Source: Macrostomum lignano
Lineage: Eukaryota
Direction: 5' to 3'
Length of the DNA stretch: 56,059 nt
Assembly (NCBI GenBank): GCA_002269645.1
Contig: NIVC01001490.1
Span: forward strand, 1 to 56,059
Position numbers and translations under genes: made by a program. Shown one piece after another: positions 11,837-23,750 of this stretch (position 1 is the stretch's first letter; every line of letters starts with the position of its first letter). The notes under the pieces were generated by a model that was not told the DNA's origin, made no database searches, and saw only the letters and a list, made by a program, of their open reading frames with translations.

Positions 11837-12046
11837 TGGCGTCCCTGGCACTGGCGTCCCTGGCACTGGCGTCCCTGGCACTGGCGTCCCTGGCACTGGC
11901 GTCCCTGGCACTGGCGTCCCTGGCACTGGCGTCCCTGGCACTGGCGTCCCTGGCACTGGCGTCCCTGGCACTGGCGTCCCTGGCACTGGCGTCCCTGGCA
12001 CTGGCGTCCCTGGCACTGGCGTCCCTGGCACTGGCGTCCCTGGCAC
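11837..12046. repeat. 15-bp minisatellite (TGGCGTCCCTGGCAC) x14
   Basis: Perfect tandem units read directly; ends ~280 bp upstream of the ATG at 12323. Confidence 0.97.
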
Positions 12047-12183
12047 TGGTGCCCCTTCATGGTAGCTAGTCAGATAAAATGGCGCCAATTCAAATGAGAT
12101 AGCGAATTTTTGCACAACTCAATTCATTACGCGTCTAGTTCTGTCTCCGCATGAAACTGAAGCTACAGGGAATAAGTTGCGGA

Positions 12184-12266
12184 CCAATCATAGCCTTCTT
12201 CTGCAGTGAAGCAAGCCTGAGGCATTAAGTAAACGTTTCGATGCCGTACGAACTACTTGCATAAAA
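12184..12266 (+). promoter_or_regulatory. Possible CCAAT box and TATA-like element of the lectin/sushi gene
   Basis: CCAAT at 12184-12188 and CATAAAA at 12260-12266, ~60 nt before ATG 12323; short motifs that could occur by chance. Confidence 0.25.
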
Positions 12267-12322
12267 AGGGGCAATAAGACGCTCCATCAGGCATTCGTTC
12301 GATACGGTTGACTTGCAACACA

Positions 12323-15300
12323 ATGCTTTTTATTGTTGCAAAGTGTTTGTCTAGTCTGGCACTTGCAGTCGTCTTCACTGCATCCTTCTGCCAGGATGTA
12401 CAGGGCTCACCAACAAGTTCCCACCTGAGTACGGTGGACTACAATGGCTTTGAATACACCTTCAATCTGGAGGAGTTCGCTGGCACAGACATGGACTATC
12501 TAGAACAGAGACAGGCGTGTTTTACCAAAGAGATGAACGGGTTGAAACCGTTTCGCATAGCTGACAGCGCCGAGTTCCTGGCACCCCTGATTCGGCTGGT
12601 CTCCGTCAAGTGAGTGGCCCTTCTCTGTTCCTATCATTAGTATATTTTTGGGCTTTCTTTTCTCGAAGCGAATGGTGCCCCTGTTGTTGGCACTTAGTGC
12701 AGTCTGAAGTTCAAGTCTGTTTCATCGGCATGTCGACATGTGCCTGCATCATCTCAGACTCCGGTAGCCACTGGCCTTTGCCTAAGCAGAGCTCCCAAAC
12801 CTTCAAATATTCTTGTTCGAGAATGAGCGCAACAGAAGGCGTCCTCGAAGTTCGTGGTCTGTGTTCGAAGTGTTCTTCTGGCGCATTTTTTTACTTTAGA
12901 AATTTCTTCAATACCATAATACAGATATTGTATAACTAGGCTTACCTTGCGCAAAGCGTTTGTTATTTTGCAAGGCAGTGATTTTTTCAATTTCAACAGC
13001 ACTTCATTTGCGGTTTGGCTCTCTGGCGTAACCATGACAACGGATATCGAGCACAGGGCTCAGGCTCCGCACATTCCACTGCTGAACGGCAGCAGCCTCA
13101 GATGGGGCTTCACCGGTCAGCTCCTGAACGTTGGCTGGCTGAACGAGAACCTCACCAGCATTCCCTGGGCTGCCGAGGCCAATGCCTATGCGACTGGTGG
13201 TGGCGCGGGCAGCCTGGTGGCCATGCGGCTGCTTGCCTGCGGCGATTTCAACGGCACAGCAGGCGACAGCAGCGATGGCGGTGGCGGAAACTCCAGCTGC
13301 CAGTTCGAGTTCGTGCTGACCCGACACTGGGAGCTGGTGCATCCAATCTGCTGGACATCCACCGACTGCACGTGTAAGTCTTTCACTGATGATATTTTCT
13401 TACAGGCTTTTGTGCGACATTGTTGTACTCTTTAGGCTACTCAGGTAAGGCCTAACAGTGTACCCGGATATTCGATTCGAATCAGACGGAAGGAATGCTT
13501 TGTAGCTTTGAATAAATATTCTTGCTGCTATATTTAGACCAAAAGATATTGCTTTGATCATTCATTCGTGGGCTGAACATAACTTCATTGAAGAATTTCC
13601 TTAAATAAATTGCGGCAGTTATCCGTTCAGGACTCAATTAGTTGCTATGAAACGAGACTGAATAGAACATTCTCCTCGCCATGACGCACTGCAGCCAGTG
13701 AAAACCAGACCTGCGTGTCCAGCAGCTATCCGGGCGCACCAGCTGCCTGCCTCTGCCTTCGCCGCAGTCAGATTTCTATCGAAACTCTGCTTGATCAACT
13801 GCTGATCAGCTGCCTGTTGCCGAAATTGGATACGCCCGAGTTAGCGGACACCTTCGTGTGAGTTTGCTGGGCGAACCCACTGAAGAACGGGGTGTCGTGC
13901 GTCACAGTATGGCAACCTCAAATGTTAGAATTTGAGAACCGCAAGAGGACACTAGAGAGACTATAGAGGCTATTTGTTCTAAAAGCGTACTTCTCGATGG
14001 GTTTAAGGATAAGTACTTCTGTGAATCGTGATGCTGTTATCATAGAAATGGCTTCAAAGGTAAGTACAGTGAACAAAGAATAAAGTGTCAGCTTCAGATT
14101 CGCCCTTTTAGATGCTGGAATCGGGCGTGTTGCGCATACAAAACTCCTAGCAAAAAGATAGATTGTCTGATTGAGGTTTAATGAATTGTTTGCTCAGCTT
14201 ATTCTTCTATTTATGTTTCTAGAGTCTATGCAGGATCCAGGCCTGGAAAAGCCCAGCAACGATGGTCCATGACTTGTTATAAATTATTTGTTTATTCTTT
14301 AGCCTGAACTTAAAGAAATGATAAGTGGGGGAAATCACGCGCAAATTTCGAAAAAGGTTGGTTCATGACATTTCTTGAAGAAAAATTCGAAAATCTCCCC
14401 ATACCGGATTGAGGTCAGCTCAATGCTAAACGCGTCTCGACTCTCGCGTCTCGACCCCTCGTTCGATTCCGTCACGTGTCTTTTTTTTCACGTGTATTTT
14501 TGGCTTGTGCGCAAAAAATTGTCTGGAGTTGTGCAATTCAGCTCCATGAAGATCAACCCTCAAGGCACAGAGAGTGTACATGCCTGACGAATAGAAGGCA
14601 GGGCCGCTGTACATTCGGTGAGCGCTGGTTGTGGGACAATGTCACCAAAAGCGTTGCACCAGGGTACCCGGCACTCTTCTGCAGTTATTATTATTGTTAT
14701 CAATATCATTATGATCGATTGACACTCGTAATGACTTCAGATCCCTACTGAGCGAAGTGCCATCGGGTTACAGTGGTCACTTAGTTTCGATTCTGCTAAT
14801 TCAAAGCGACTTTCTGACAGTTCATGGAGGCGGCGATGTACAGTCCGCTGGCTACAAGGACATGCTGGAGTTCAACACAAGTCCAAGAAAACCCAAATAT
14901 TGGTTTGACGACTACCAGCTGGTGCAGAAGAGTGACGCAACCAAGGCCTATCGTCTCGTGTTCGCATACAACGTTAACGGAGTGCAGCTATCAAGGAGGC
15001 TGGTCACTGCTGGCGATGTAGCATTTTGCGTTGGTAAGCCTTCTTAGATCTGTTACAATTCTCGGAGTTCTTAATTTTACTGTTCTCCGGAACTTATTAG
15101 AAGATTAAGTTGCATATTACGCTCGTAGAAGCTGAAGAATCTTTTAATCCCATGTCGTGAATTTCAGCAAAGAGATGCGTACAGCCTCACAACGACTCTT
15201 ATTTGCTGGGTCGCGGCCTGGTGGCCTTAAACAGCTCGCACGACTCGCGCTATCTGGTTAATGCAGTGAGTCTCTGAATTAATGCCGAATAAATGCCGCA

Positions 15301-18300
15301 TTGCTTGTCTAAAATGAGCCGGGAGTTTTACTGCGATTTTCTTTTTCTGTTCTTTATGTTGTTTAAAATCGACAATAAAGTCATTCCAAAAGTACAGGCA
15401 ATTATTCAAGTATTGCATTTCACTTTAGCTGAGATTTTTTCGTCCCGTTGAAGCTTTTCATCCCTGTACACTCGTAGTGTAAAAAAACTATCTTCTTGTC
15501 CTTGCCGACATAAAAAACTTACAGACGATCCAAAATCCACTATTTTTTACATTCCAGAACTCCCAGTTGACATTCCTGTATACCTGCCAGACTGGCTATG
15601 AGTACACTTCCGCGGCGCAACGTTTTACGAACTTCACTCGCCGTTGCAATGCCGCGGGTTCTTGGCAACCGGTTGAATTTCCGATCTGCCTGCCAAAATC
15701 CTGCGCTTTCCCTGACAGCGTCCCGGATGGTGCGGTGCCGACGCTGCAGATGTCCAGCTATACACCCCAGGGAACGGTAGCTGTTCAGAGCTATTCTGAT
15801 CCACAGAGTCTGCTGGTTCCCTTCAAATCCAAGCTGCTGTTCAACTGCTCAGACTCTGGCAGGATTGGCTACATGCAGTGCGGCCATAACGCCATCTGGG
15901 ACGCCAGCGGGCTGAACTGTAGCTGTTCGAATTTCACTGTTTCCGAGGCCTCCTGCTGCATACCTGTGGTGCCGAATGCGATTCTCATCCAGCCCACTGG
16001 TCTCGGTGTCTCTGAGAAGCCTTTGAATTTTACGCATCAGTGCTTAGAAAACTACTCAAGTCCCTTGAACTCCAGCCTTACTGTCGCGTCTGGCACGTGC
16101 AACATTCTTGCAAACGGAAGCCAGGGGCAATGTCTCTGCGAAGCAGCAACGCTAGCTGGCGGATATCCGTTCAGCTGTGAGCCGAGCCCCTGCACTGAAC
16201 CGCCACCTCAAGTGAACAATTCCATGGCAACGGTGCTCTACGGGGACACCGCTAAGCCGCTGACGCTGCCGCATAACTCGGCCTTCCCTGTTGGTCAGGT
16301 TGTGCGATACGCGTGCGACATTGGCTACAAGCCGGTCAGGTTGGATAACGAAACAATTGTCGGGACATTCTTGGAGGCCACCTGCGAGATCGGCAACCGT
16401 TGGTCTCCGATCCGCTTTGAGTGCTCCTTAGTCACCTGTCCCGGGGTGAAGTCCTACTCATGGGTGGACTACTATAAAGTCTTACCTAACGTCACCGAAC
16501 AAAACTTTACAGCTTCAACAACCGAAACAAGCCAGGTACTTCCATACAAGACCCAGCTGCGGTGGTTTTGTCACGGAGATCACCTTAAAATTCCTGGCGC
16601 CTCCGATGAGCAAGAATGCACCAAGACTGGAGAATGGTCGTGGCTCGGCAAAGGCAAAAGAGCATTTTTCTGCGTCCGTAAGTTAAACAGTTTCTTTGAT
16701 CTTGTCACTTTACCACTATTATCACTGCTTAGTGACGTCAGTTTCTATCTGAATATTTCTTGGAAATTTTTATGATAATTTTTGAACTGGTGATGTTTTG
16801 AACTTTAATTTTAAACCCCAGCTTAAAAGGCAATAAATTTGTTACTACCTTCATAGGAGCTTGCAGCAACGCCGTCCTCAGAAACAGCATCTCTGGAGAC
16901 AACGGCTTGGTGCTTTTTTCTCCCTACTCAACCAATTTGCTGTCACATTGGTTCCGATTTCATTACCCAAACAACCATGCATCTCTGGTGTGCAACTGGA
17001 CTACCAGTTTGCTGCATGGAATTCCGATGTCTCCCAGCTTCGTCAGTTACAACTGGACAGTGAATTGCAATGTATATTCCAATAATGCCAACTGGACGAG
17101 TGACTTTGCACCGGACATGAACGGATTGCAACTCTGTCCGCAGCACAACTGTTCTAATTTAAGCATATTTGTTGAAAATGCCTCAATAACGAGTATCGGC
17201 AACCCGATGGAGATGTTCGTCACCGTCAGCTGCCTGCCCGGGCACACAATTCGAAGCCCGGTGGTGGCGAACAAGACAACCATTGCCTGCAACCGGACTT
17301 CCGGGAAGTGGAACGCCACTGCAATCTGCGAGCCAGTCACGTGCGACAATCTGCCTTTCAATGCATCAGTTTCCGGGTTGATGAACCTAACTGCACCTTT
17401 CCAACTCAGCCAGAAGGGTGAAATATTGCCAGTGCATTGGAATGCCACCGGGTTTTCACTCTACTCCAAGGTGCATTACCTATGCCAGATTCTGTCTGTT
17501 GTGAATGACAGCAACACGTGGAGGCCTTTTCAGTGCAGGATTGGACGTGATGGCCTCAGGGGTAGCTGGGAGGATGTGAACCCCTCGTCATCGTTCACTA
17601 CTCTGAGCTGTTCACGTGAGTATGTGTGCAGTAAGATTATCTTGGAACATCAGGTGAGGCAGAAAACACTCTATTCTTTCAGACTACTGCCGAATATCAG
17701 CTCTAACAAGTGTAGTCGGTCCAGGAAACGCAACCTTCCGTTCACTCATCACAAGTACAGGCTATGTCGAGGGCTCAGCCGAAGCCACAGTGCAGTGCTG
17801 GGCGGGAAACTACTTCACATTAGCTCGTGGGAAGTCATACAAGTCAGCTGGAACTGTCAATTGCAAAGAGGGCAGCTGGGACATAGAAGATGCTCGAAAA
17901 GCAAATGCTAGCGTCGAGCTCTGTCGCAAGCTGCCTTGCGAGCCGCTGACGAACTTGACGAACCTTGACCTGTTCAGTGTGACGTCAAGTGAAATCCTCA
18001 ATAAGGCGACACGCCACGAGCCGGGCGCGGAAGTGTTGCTGCAGTGCCACCCGATGTACTATTTCGAAGCGATCAATGAAACTAAAAAGACAGCAACCTG
18101 TCTGAACAACTCAGTCTGGAGTTTCGCCTCAAACTGCCAGGCCCAGCTGTGCCCGGGTCTGCCTCTGGCAAATGAAACTGAGGCAATCGCGGCTCGAGGT
18201 CTGGCGCCGCACTTTCCCAACAGTCTGGGCTCGGCCGAACCCAGCGCACTGTCCGGCCAGCCCCGGCTACTCTGGTTGGCTACGCGTGTCGAAGCAGCCT

Positions 18301-19898
18301 GCTGGCCCAGCTGGAGATTGAGTCAAACTCTGCGGCGCTGTTCAACTGCACGGACACAGCTGGCCCAGGCATAGCCGGTTGGTCCGGCTCCCTAGCCCGG
18401 AACTGGCAGGATATCATTTGTCCCGGTGAGACACCAGCAAGCTGTGTTCTTTCTGCAACATGGCTTGATAAATATGGCTTGCTTAGACTGAACACATTGG
18501 CCGATTATTCTTAGTCCGGATTTACAATCATCTGGCTTCGTAGATCTGGTTTTGGTGCGGTTCTGGTTTAGTCCGCTTGCAGTTAAGCTGCTCTTCCCTC
18601 TTTTGAGCGAAAACATTTTTCAGCAGTGGCGTAGCCAAGGGTTCGGCGGATCAATAAAGTTTTGAATTTAAACTTGTTAAAATTGTCAACAAAAAAGCCA
18701 GTAACGCTAAAATCTCGCTGGCGGCCCTAAATCGCTGCGGAAATATTTTGCTTAGTGATGACTCTTATGACTCTGGCTCGTGACCTCTCAGATGAAAATC
18801 CACTGTTTTTCAGACATAAATTTTCCGGTTTAGTATGCCTTTGTAAATAACAGCTTCAGAAAAACACATTGCACACCATTGTATTGCACGCAGTGGTAGC
18901 GTGGTGAGCGGTTACAAAATAAACAGATCCAGATACTGTGTCTCAGTTTCTCCCCCAGGGTAGTGCGTTACATGCTACTGTTGTACCATCGTGCCCTTTT
19001 TTTCTCGCGCCCTGCCCCACCCTTCCAGTGTTCTCGCATGTACTTACAAGCGTCAATATGGAATCGTATGATCTCCGTCATCCCCACATCTGGCCCCCTT
19101 AGCAGACAAGCAAAAACTGGCAAACGCACTTTGCAGAGCATTGCTCCAGCCAAATTCTGCTTGACGCTTTCCACAACGGCTCGGTGACTTTCGAGGCCGA
19201 AGTGTTCCAGGCGGCCAACTTGTCCCTGGTAGGCAACGGGTCTCTCGCAGCCGTGAACTGCAGCAGGTCTGGCTCTGGTGAGACCCAAGCGTACCTCCAC
19301 AGTGATAGCTGGGTCAACACTAGCGCCGAGTTCTCGTCCACGGCAGCAACGATGCGCTGTCTAAACGGCACCTGGCAGGTGCTTGATGCGTCCTCTCACA
19401 GCGGCAGCGAATCGAACCGCGTGCCCAGCTGCCAGGAGCTTCCGTGTCATCCGCTGTCCAACTTGACCATCGCCAGCGTCAACGGAATAGCCGACAACGG
19501 CAGCGCTCTGCTGGATCCGCTGTCGAAGTACGTGCGTCATGCAGTCGGCAGGCGAGTCGAGTTGCGCTGTCCGACAGGTTATCGATTCGCCAGCCTGGGC
19601 GCAGAGGCTGCGAGCGTGGTTTGCCTCAGCGGTCCGCAGTGGAGCTTTGCCGAGGACTGCCAGCAGTGGAACGGGACCGCTTCTGGTCAAGGTGGGTTCA
19701 GAGAGTCGCTTTCCCAAATGTCAGTATTTTTCTCAATATCACAAAATTATTGATACTTTTGTACTGTTTAACTCCTTTATATTTGTACTAGCGACGTCAG
19801 CTCCCTGTTGGGAAGGCAAGACAAAAATATTTTTGAGAAACTTCACACGTAAAAGCCTGCATGGCCCAGTCACTATCGCTGGTTTCGTGAAATTTTGA
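12323..19898 (+). CDS. Signal peptide + C-type-lectin-like region + ~13 sushi/CCP-like modules; heavily N-glycosylated; 3' end unresolved
   Basis: Exons: 12323-12609 (MLFIVAKCLSSLALAVVFTASFC signal), 12979-13373, 13695-13857, possible 14046-14059, 14821-15033, probable ~15167-15258, 15558-16677, 16857-17615, 17683-18425 (1-nt frameshift at ~18326), 19137-~19691, possible 19801-19898. Repeated C..P...Y/FxCxxGY...CxxxGxW...C pattern. No TM helix found. Confidence 0.75.
15558..16677 (+). CDS. Sushi-repeat exon (about 5 CCP-like modules)
   Basis: FLYTCQTGYEY...RCNAAGSWQPVEFPIC; VRYACDIGY...TCEIGNRWSPIRFEC; LRWFCHGD...CTKTGEWSW; donor GTAAGT at 16678. Confidence 0.85.
16857..19691 (+). CDS. Further sushi-repeat exons (16857-17615, 17683-18425, 19137-~19691)
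   Basis: All junctions are phase 1, as is typical for sushi exons; TVSCLPGH...CNRTSGKWNATAIC, LLQCHPMY...CLNNSVWSFASNC, ELRCPTGY...CLSGPQWSFAEDC. Confidence 0.8.
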
Positions 19899-21490
19899 TG
19901 TTTAATGCATAACGCAAGTACCCTGATATCAAGCCTTCAGCAAAATAAGATATCAGCATCCCCTCTTCGAGCCTTGGCATTTTAGAAACTCCCCCTTGAG
20001 CCATGGTATCTATATAGCGAAGAATACTCGTATGCTCACTTTTGCCTTTGAAGTCAAAATTAGGCCTTCAAAATTTTTATACAATTTTGCAGCTTTGCAT
20101 TCTAAAAGTGTAACACGTCATTTTGGTGTCCCTATACTAAAAGATGATTGCATGTGCAAAACCAGAATATGGCAAACGTACAACAAGAGATTCATTGCAG
20201 CTGTAATTGACGCTTGAGTGCATGCAACACCTGATCAAGAAATTGCAACTGAGGAAGCTTGTCATGTCAAGAAAGATCACGCGCTCCACTTGGGTAAGCA
20301 TGCAGCCATGCTTTTTTGCAATTGTCATGCCAAATCGCCATTTCAAGCGTAAATACTATCCAGTAGGTTTCTATTCAAAGGAGCTAAGCGCAGCAAGTGG
20401 TAAGTGAAGGTAGGATCGAACAATGAGAGTTCTCCTCAGCATTTTTAGCGCTTTCTCTCGGATGGGACAGCTCCGTTTTCTGTACCCAAATGTGTCTGGC
20501 TACCCCAACAGCCAAACACCTCGCTTTTTGATTGCTCATTGCTCGTGTCTGTCAATTAGCAGCAATATTTTGGACGATGTGCCCTCTCTTTGAGGACTAC
20601 ATCAGCTATCATGCTAAGCCTGTATGCAGGTGCAACCAGCTCAGAATTTTCTCACGCGGACACATTTTTAATTCAAATAAAAATTTTTGAGGCGACTGAA
20701 AATTTACTGTTTATCGATTTTGACTCGCTTTCTGGTTTTGTTATCTATGCTGTTTGAGAGACGCCAGCTGAGTTGCAAAATTAGCCACGATTTAGGCTCG
20801 CGAACGTCTAATTTGTCTAGCTTTACATACTGCAGAGACTTATCTAGCTTTACAATACTGCCGAGCTAGATATATCTACCTTTACTAGACTTACGTGTAA
20901 TTGCCGAAAGACAATTGCATGTCTAAAGCTTCCAACGAACTGTAACAAGCCTATAGGCAGAGTGCGTCAGAGCTTGACATTCGGGCGACAGAAAGGCAAC
21001 TGTTTGACTTTTTGACTGTTTGACTTTTAGGCTATTGAATGGTCACGAACTGGCACATGATCGGCAACCTCAACTTTTTACCAAAATCGATTCAAACTTC
21101 GTGTTTACAGTTTCGTTATGAAAATCTCATAGCTAGTTGAATTAGTTTCCTCTGTACTTCTTTTGCTTAAATGTCCTGTTATGTTATGTCAACATATCTA
21201 CTAACAAATAATATTGTGTGCATGTGCATGTCACAATTACGGATTAAAAAAGGGCGGACGGTTATCAACGTTAATTGTAACCCAGAAATAGTTTAATGAT
21301 GGTTCAATACTTTTTCAAATGACCAATTTGCTTAGAGGATGTCAGAAAAAGGAGAACGAAAACAGCTACGTTCATGCTTGAGAACTAGGATGTGCTGGGG
21401 TCACCCAGATATGAAGGAATGCATAAACCACGCACGAGAACTACATGTAGGATGCAGAGTTCATGCTTGAGAAATAACGGATGTGGTCTG

Positions 21491-22319
21491 GAGGTCCCGC
21501 ATGAGAACTGTGAACATAGTGACGTCATGCAAGAGAACTGGGCACATGTTGAGGTCACGCATGAGAACTGGGCACATGTTGAGGTCACGCATGAGAACTG
21601 GGCACACTGTGAGGTCGTGCATGAGAACTGGGCACACTGTGAGGTCGTGCATGAGAACTGGGCACACTGTGAGGTCGCGCATGAGAACTGGGCACACTGT
21701 GAGGTCGTGCATGAGAACTGGGCACACTGTGAGGTCGTGCATGAGAACTGGGCACACTGTGAGGTCGCGCATGAGAACTGGGCACACTGTGAGGTCGTGC
21801 ATGAGAACTGGGCACACTGTGAGGTCGTGCATGAGAACTGGGCACACTGTGAGGTCGTGCATGAGAACTGGGCACACTGTGAGGTCGCGCATGAGAACTG
21901 GGCACACTGTGAGGTCGTGCATGAGAACTGGGCACACTGTGAGGTCGTGCATGAGAACTGGGCACACTGTGAGGTCACGCATGAGAACTGGGCACACTGT
22001 GAGGTCGTGCATGAGAACTGGGCACACTGTGAGGTCACGCATGAGAACTGGGCACACTGTGAGGTCGCGCATGAGAACTGGGCACACTGTGAGGTCGTGC
22101 ATGAGAACTGGGCACACTGTGAGGTCGTGCATGAGAACTGGGCACACTGTGAGGTCACGCATGAGAACTGGGCACACTGTGAGGTCGTGCATGAGAACTG
22201 GGCACACTGTGAGGTCACGCATGAGAACTGGGCGCACTGTGAGGTCGTGCATGAGAACTGGGCACACTGTGAGGTCGCGCATGAGAACTGGGCACATGTT
22301 GAGGTCACGCATGAGAACT
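21491..22319. repeat. 30-bp minisatellite (GAGGTCGTGCATGAGAACTGGGCACACTGT) x~27
   Basis: Tandem units with GTCGTG/GTCGCG/GTCACG variants read directly. Confidence 0.97.
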
Positions 22320-22789
22320 ACAACGCACTAAATAAATAAAAGTAATGCATTGCTATAAAAATAAAGAATAAATTATGAATGACATTATAGTCTTTTTTCT
22401 TTCTAGCACAAGCAATTAAAAGCAGATTCACTGGTCAAGAGCGCACATCTGTATATTTATAGGCTTAACAAAGTGATAGGAACAGGATTAACTCGGGAAT
22501 CAATGGGCCCAATAGGGCAAACCTTGGATACAAAAGAGTGATGAAATGAAATCCCGGAGAAACAATTCATACTATTTTTAGCTGCATGTACAAGCGAACG
22601 CAGCATATTTGGGAAATCAATCATCAAACAACTATTCAATAGCAGAGATTAGTTGGACATTTCTGAGATTATTCTATGGCAATTATGAAAAGCTAGTCTT
22701 TCATCTTAACTCTTCCCAATATTAACAATCAGGGAACACGTTCGTCTCTATTTGGGAAAATTTTGACCCTTAGCCACAGATACTAGAAA

Positions 22790-23207
22790 AACTAGATGGG
22801 CCACTCAGCACATTTGCGTGTAAGCTACTTTCAGTTCAGTAGTAAGTTAAACAGAAGCATTTTAATGTACTTTTAAAGCCAAGGCTCATTTATTGGCTCT
22901 TAACCCCCAGCTTAAACCCTCCAACCGCGCCTTTCCACACTACCCCACGCGCCCCACCCCAATTTTATTGCCTTTCTCGGAACTCCCGCCTAAAGCTGCC
23001 ATGTACATTTCAGTGGACTGGCCAATGTACATTATTGCTGAACCAATTAGCAAGTTGTAAACGCCTGCAAGCTTGGGCTTCTCAAACTTATCAAAGGCAC
23101 TTCAGCTTCCTTTTTTAATAAAATAGATTATGTATACTTCTTTGCTACTGAACTGAAAGTAGACAGCTGTCTTACTAAGCATATATGCCTGAGTGGCCCA
23201 TCTAGTT
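22790..23207. mobile_element. MITE-like element with terminal inverted repeats
   Basis: AACTAGATGGGCCACTCAG (22790-22808) is the exact reverse complement of 23189-23207; a second inner inverted match (CTACTTTCAGTTCAGTAG) at ~22825-22842 / ~23145-23162; no TSD recognised. Confidence 0.55.
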
Positions 23208-23443
23208 ATTGTAGGTATCTGCCCATAGCAAAGAAAGGTACTATGAATACCGTTCAGCAAAGAAATTCTATTAAATTGAACCTACTTGAGATAATAAAAC
23301 ACAGAATATTTATAGATATCATCTCTGTAAATGAATGGCATATTAATAGTGATACAGATGACGGGGATGTGACAGTTTTGGCACTGAATACAATTTTAAA
23401 TGAAACCGATCATGTCGCCATCAGGTCACCGTATCGCTACTTC

Positions 23444-23750
23444 CTAACCGGAAATCAGGTGCTCATCGTCCTCATCTGACAGGCCGCCCACCTGCTGGTA
23501 GCGTCCGTTGCTGCTGTCGCCGCCTCCGCCGCCGCTGCGGCACACGAAGTCGCAACCGTCGGCCAGACAGTCGCCGAATCTTCGCCAAACGGTGTAGTTC
23601 GGAATGGATTCGAGTCCGCGACGCTTGAATACGAATCGTTGAATTGCGGCGCCAATCAGCAGGTAGGAGATGAACAGGCTGAGCAAAACAATCAGCGCGA
23701 TAGCCGAGGCAGGCAGGCCGCCCTGCGGCTGCTCCAGGCTGCACAGGCGT
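23444..23750 (-). CDS. M6PR: M6PR exon 3 (TM helix and cytosolic tail)
   Basis: [25 protein letters not shown]; [11 protein letters not shown]; GCDFVCR; YQQV; terminal acidic DEHLI. Confidence 0.92.

Noticed and set aside
11692-12115. ORFs reading (GVPGT)n, (GRQCQ)n, (LASLA)n; elastin-like appearance
   Set aside because: All arise from a 15-bp unit without stops; no splice or start context links them to a gene
18624-18640. CAGTGGCGTAGCC and (33082) CAGAGGCGGATTTAG, resembling hAT-MITE termini
   Set aside because: No matching opposite terminal repeat found in either case
20200-20640. Possible extra small exons of the sushi gene (GTAAG donors at ~20294 and ~20400)
   Set aside because: Could not be joined into a unique phase-consistent chain, and no TM or recognisable domain; left unresolved
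21385-21408. CTAG plus hairpin (CTGGG-GTCA-CCCAG) suggesting a minus-strand Helitron 3' end enclosing the 30-bp array
   Set aside because: The CTAG can derive from a degenerate repeat unit (GAGAACTGG>GAGAACTAG) and no matching 5' end was found
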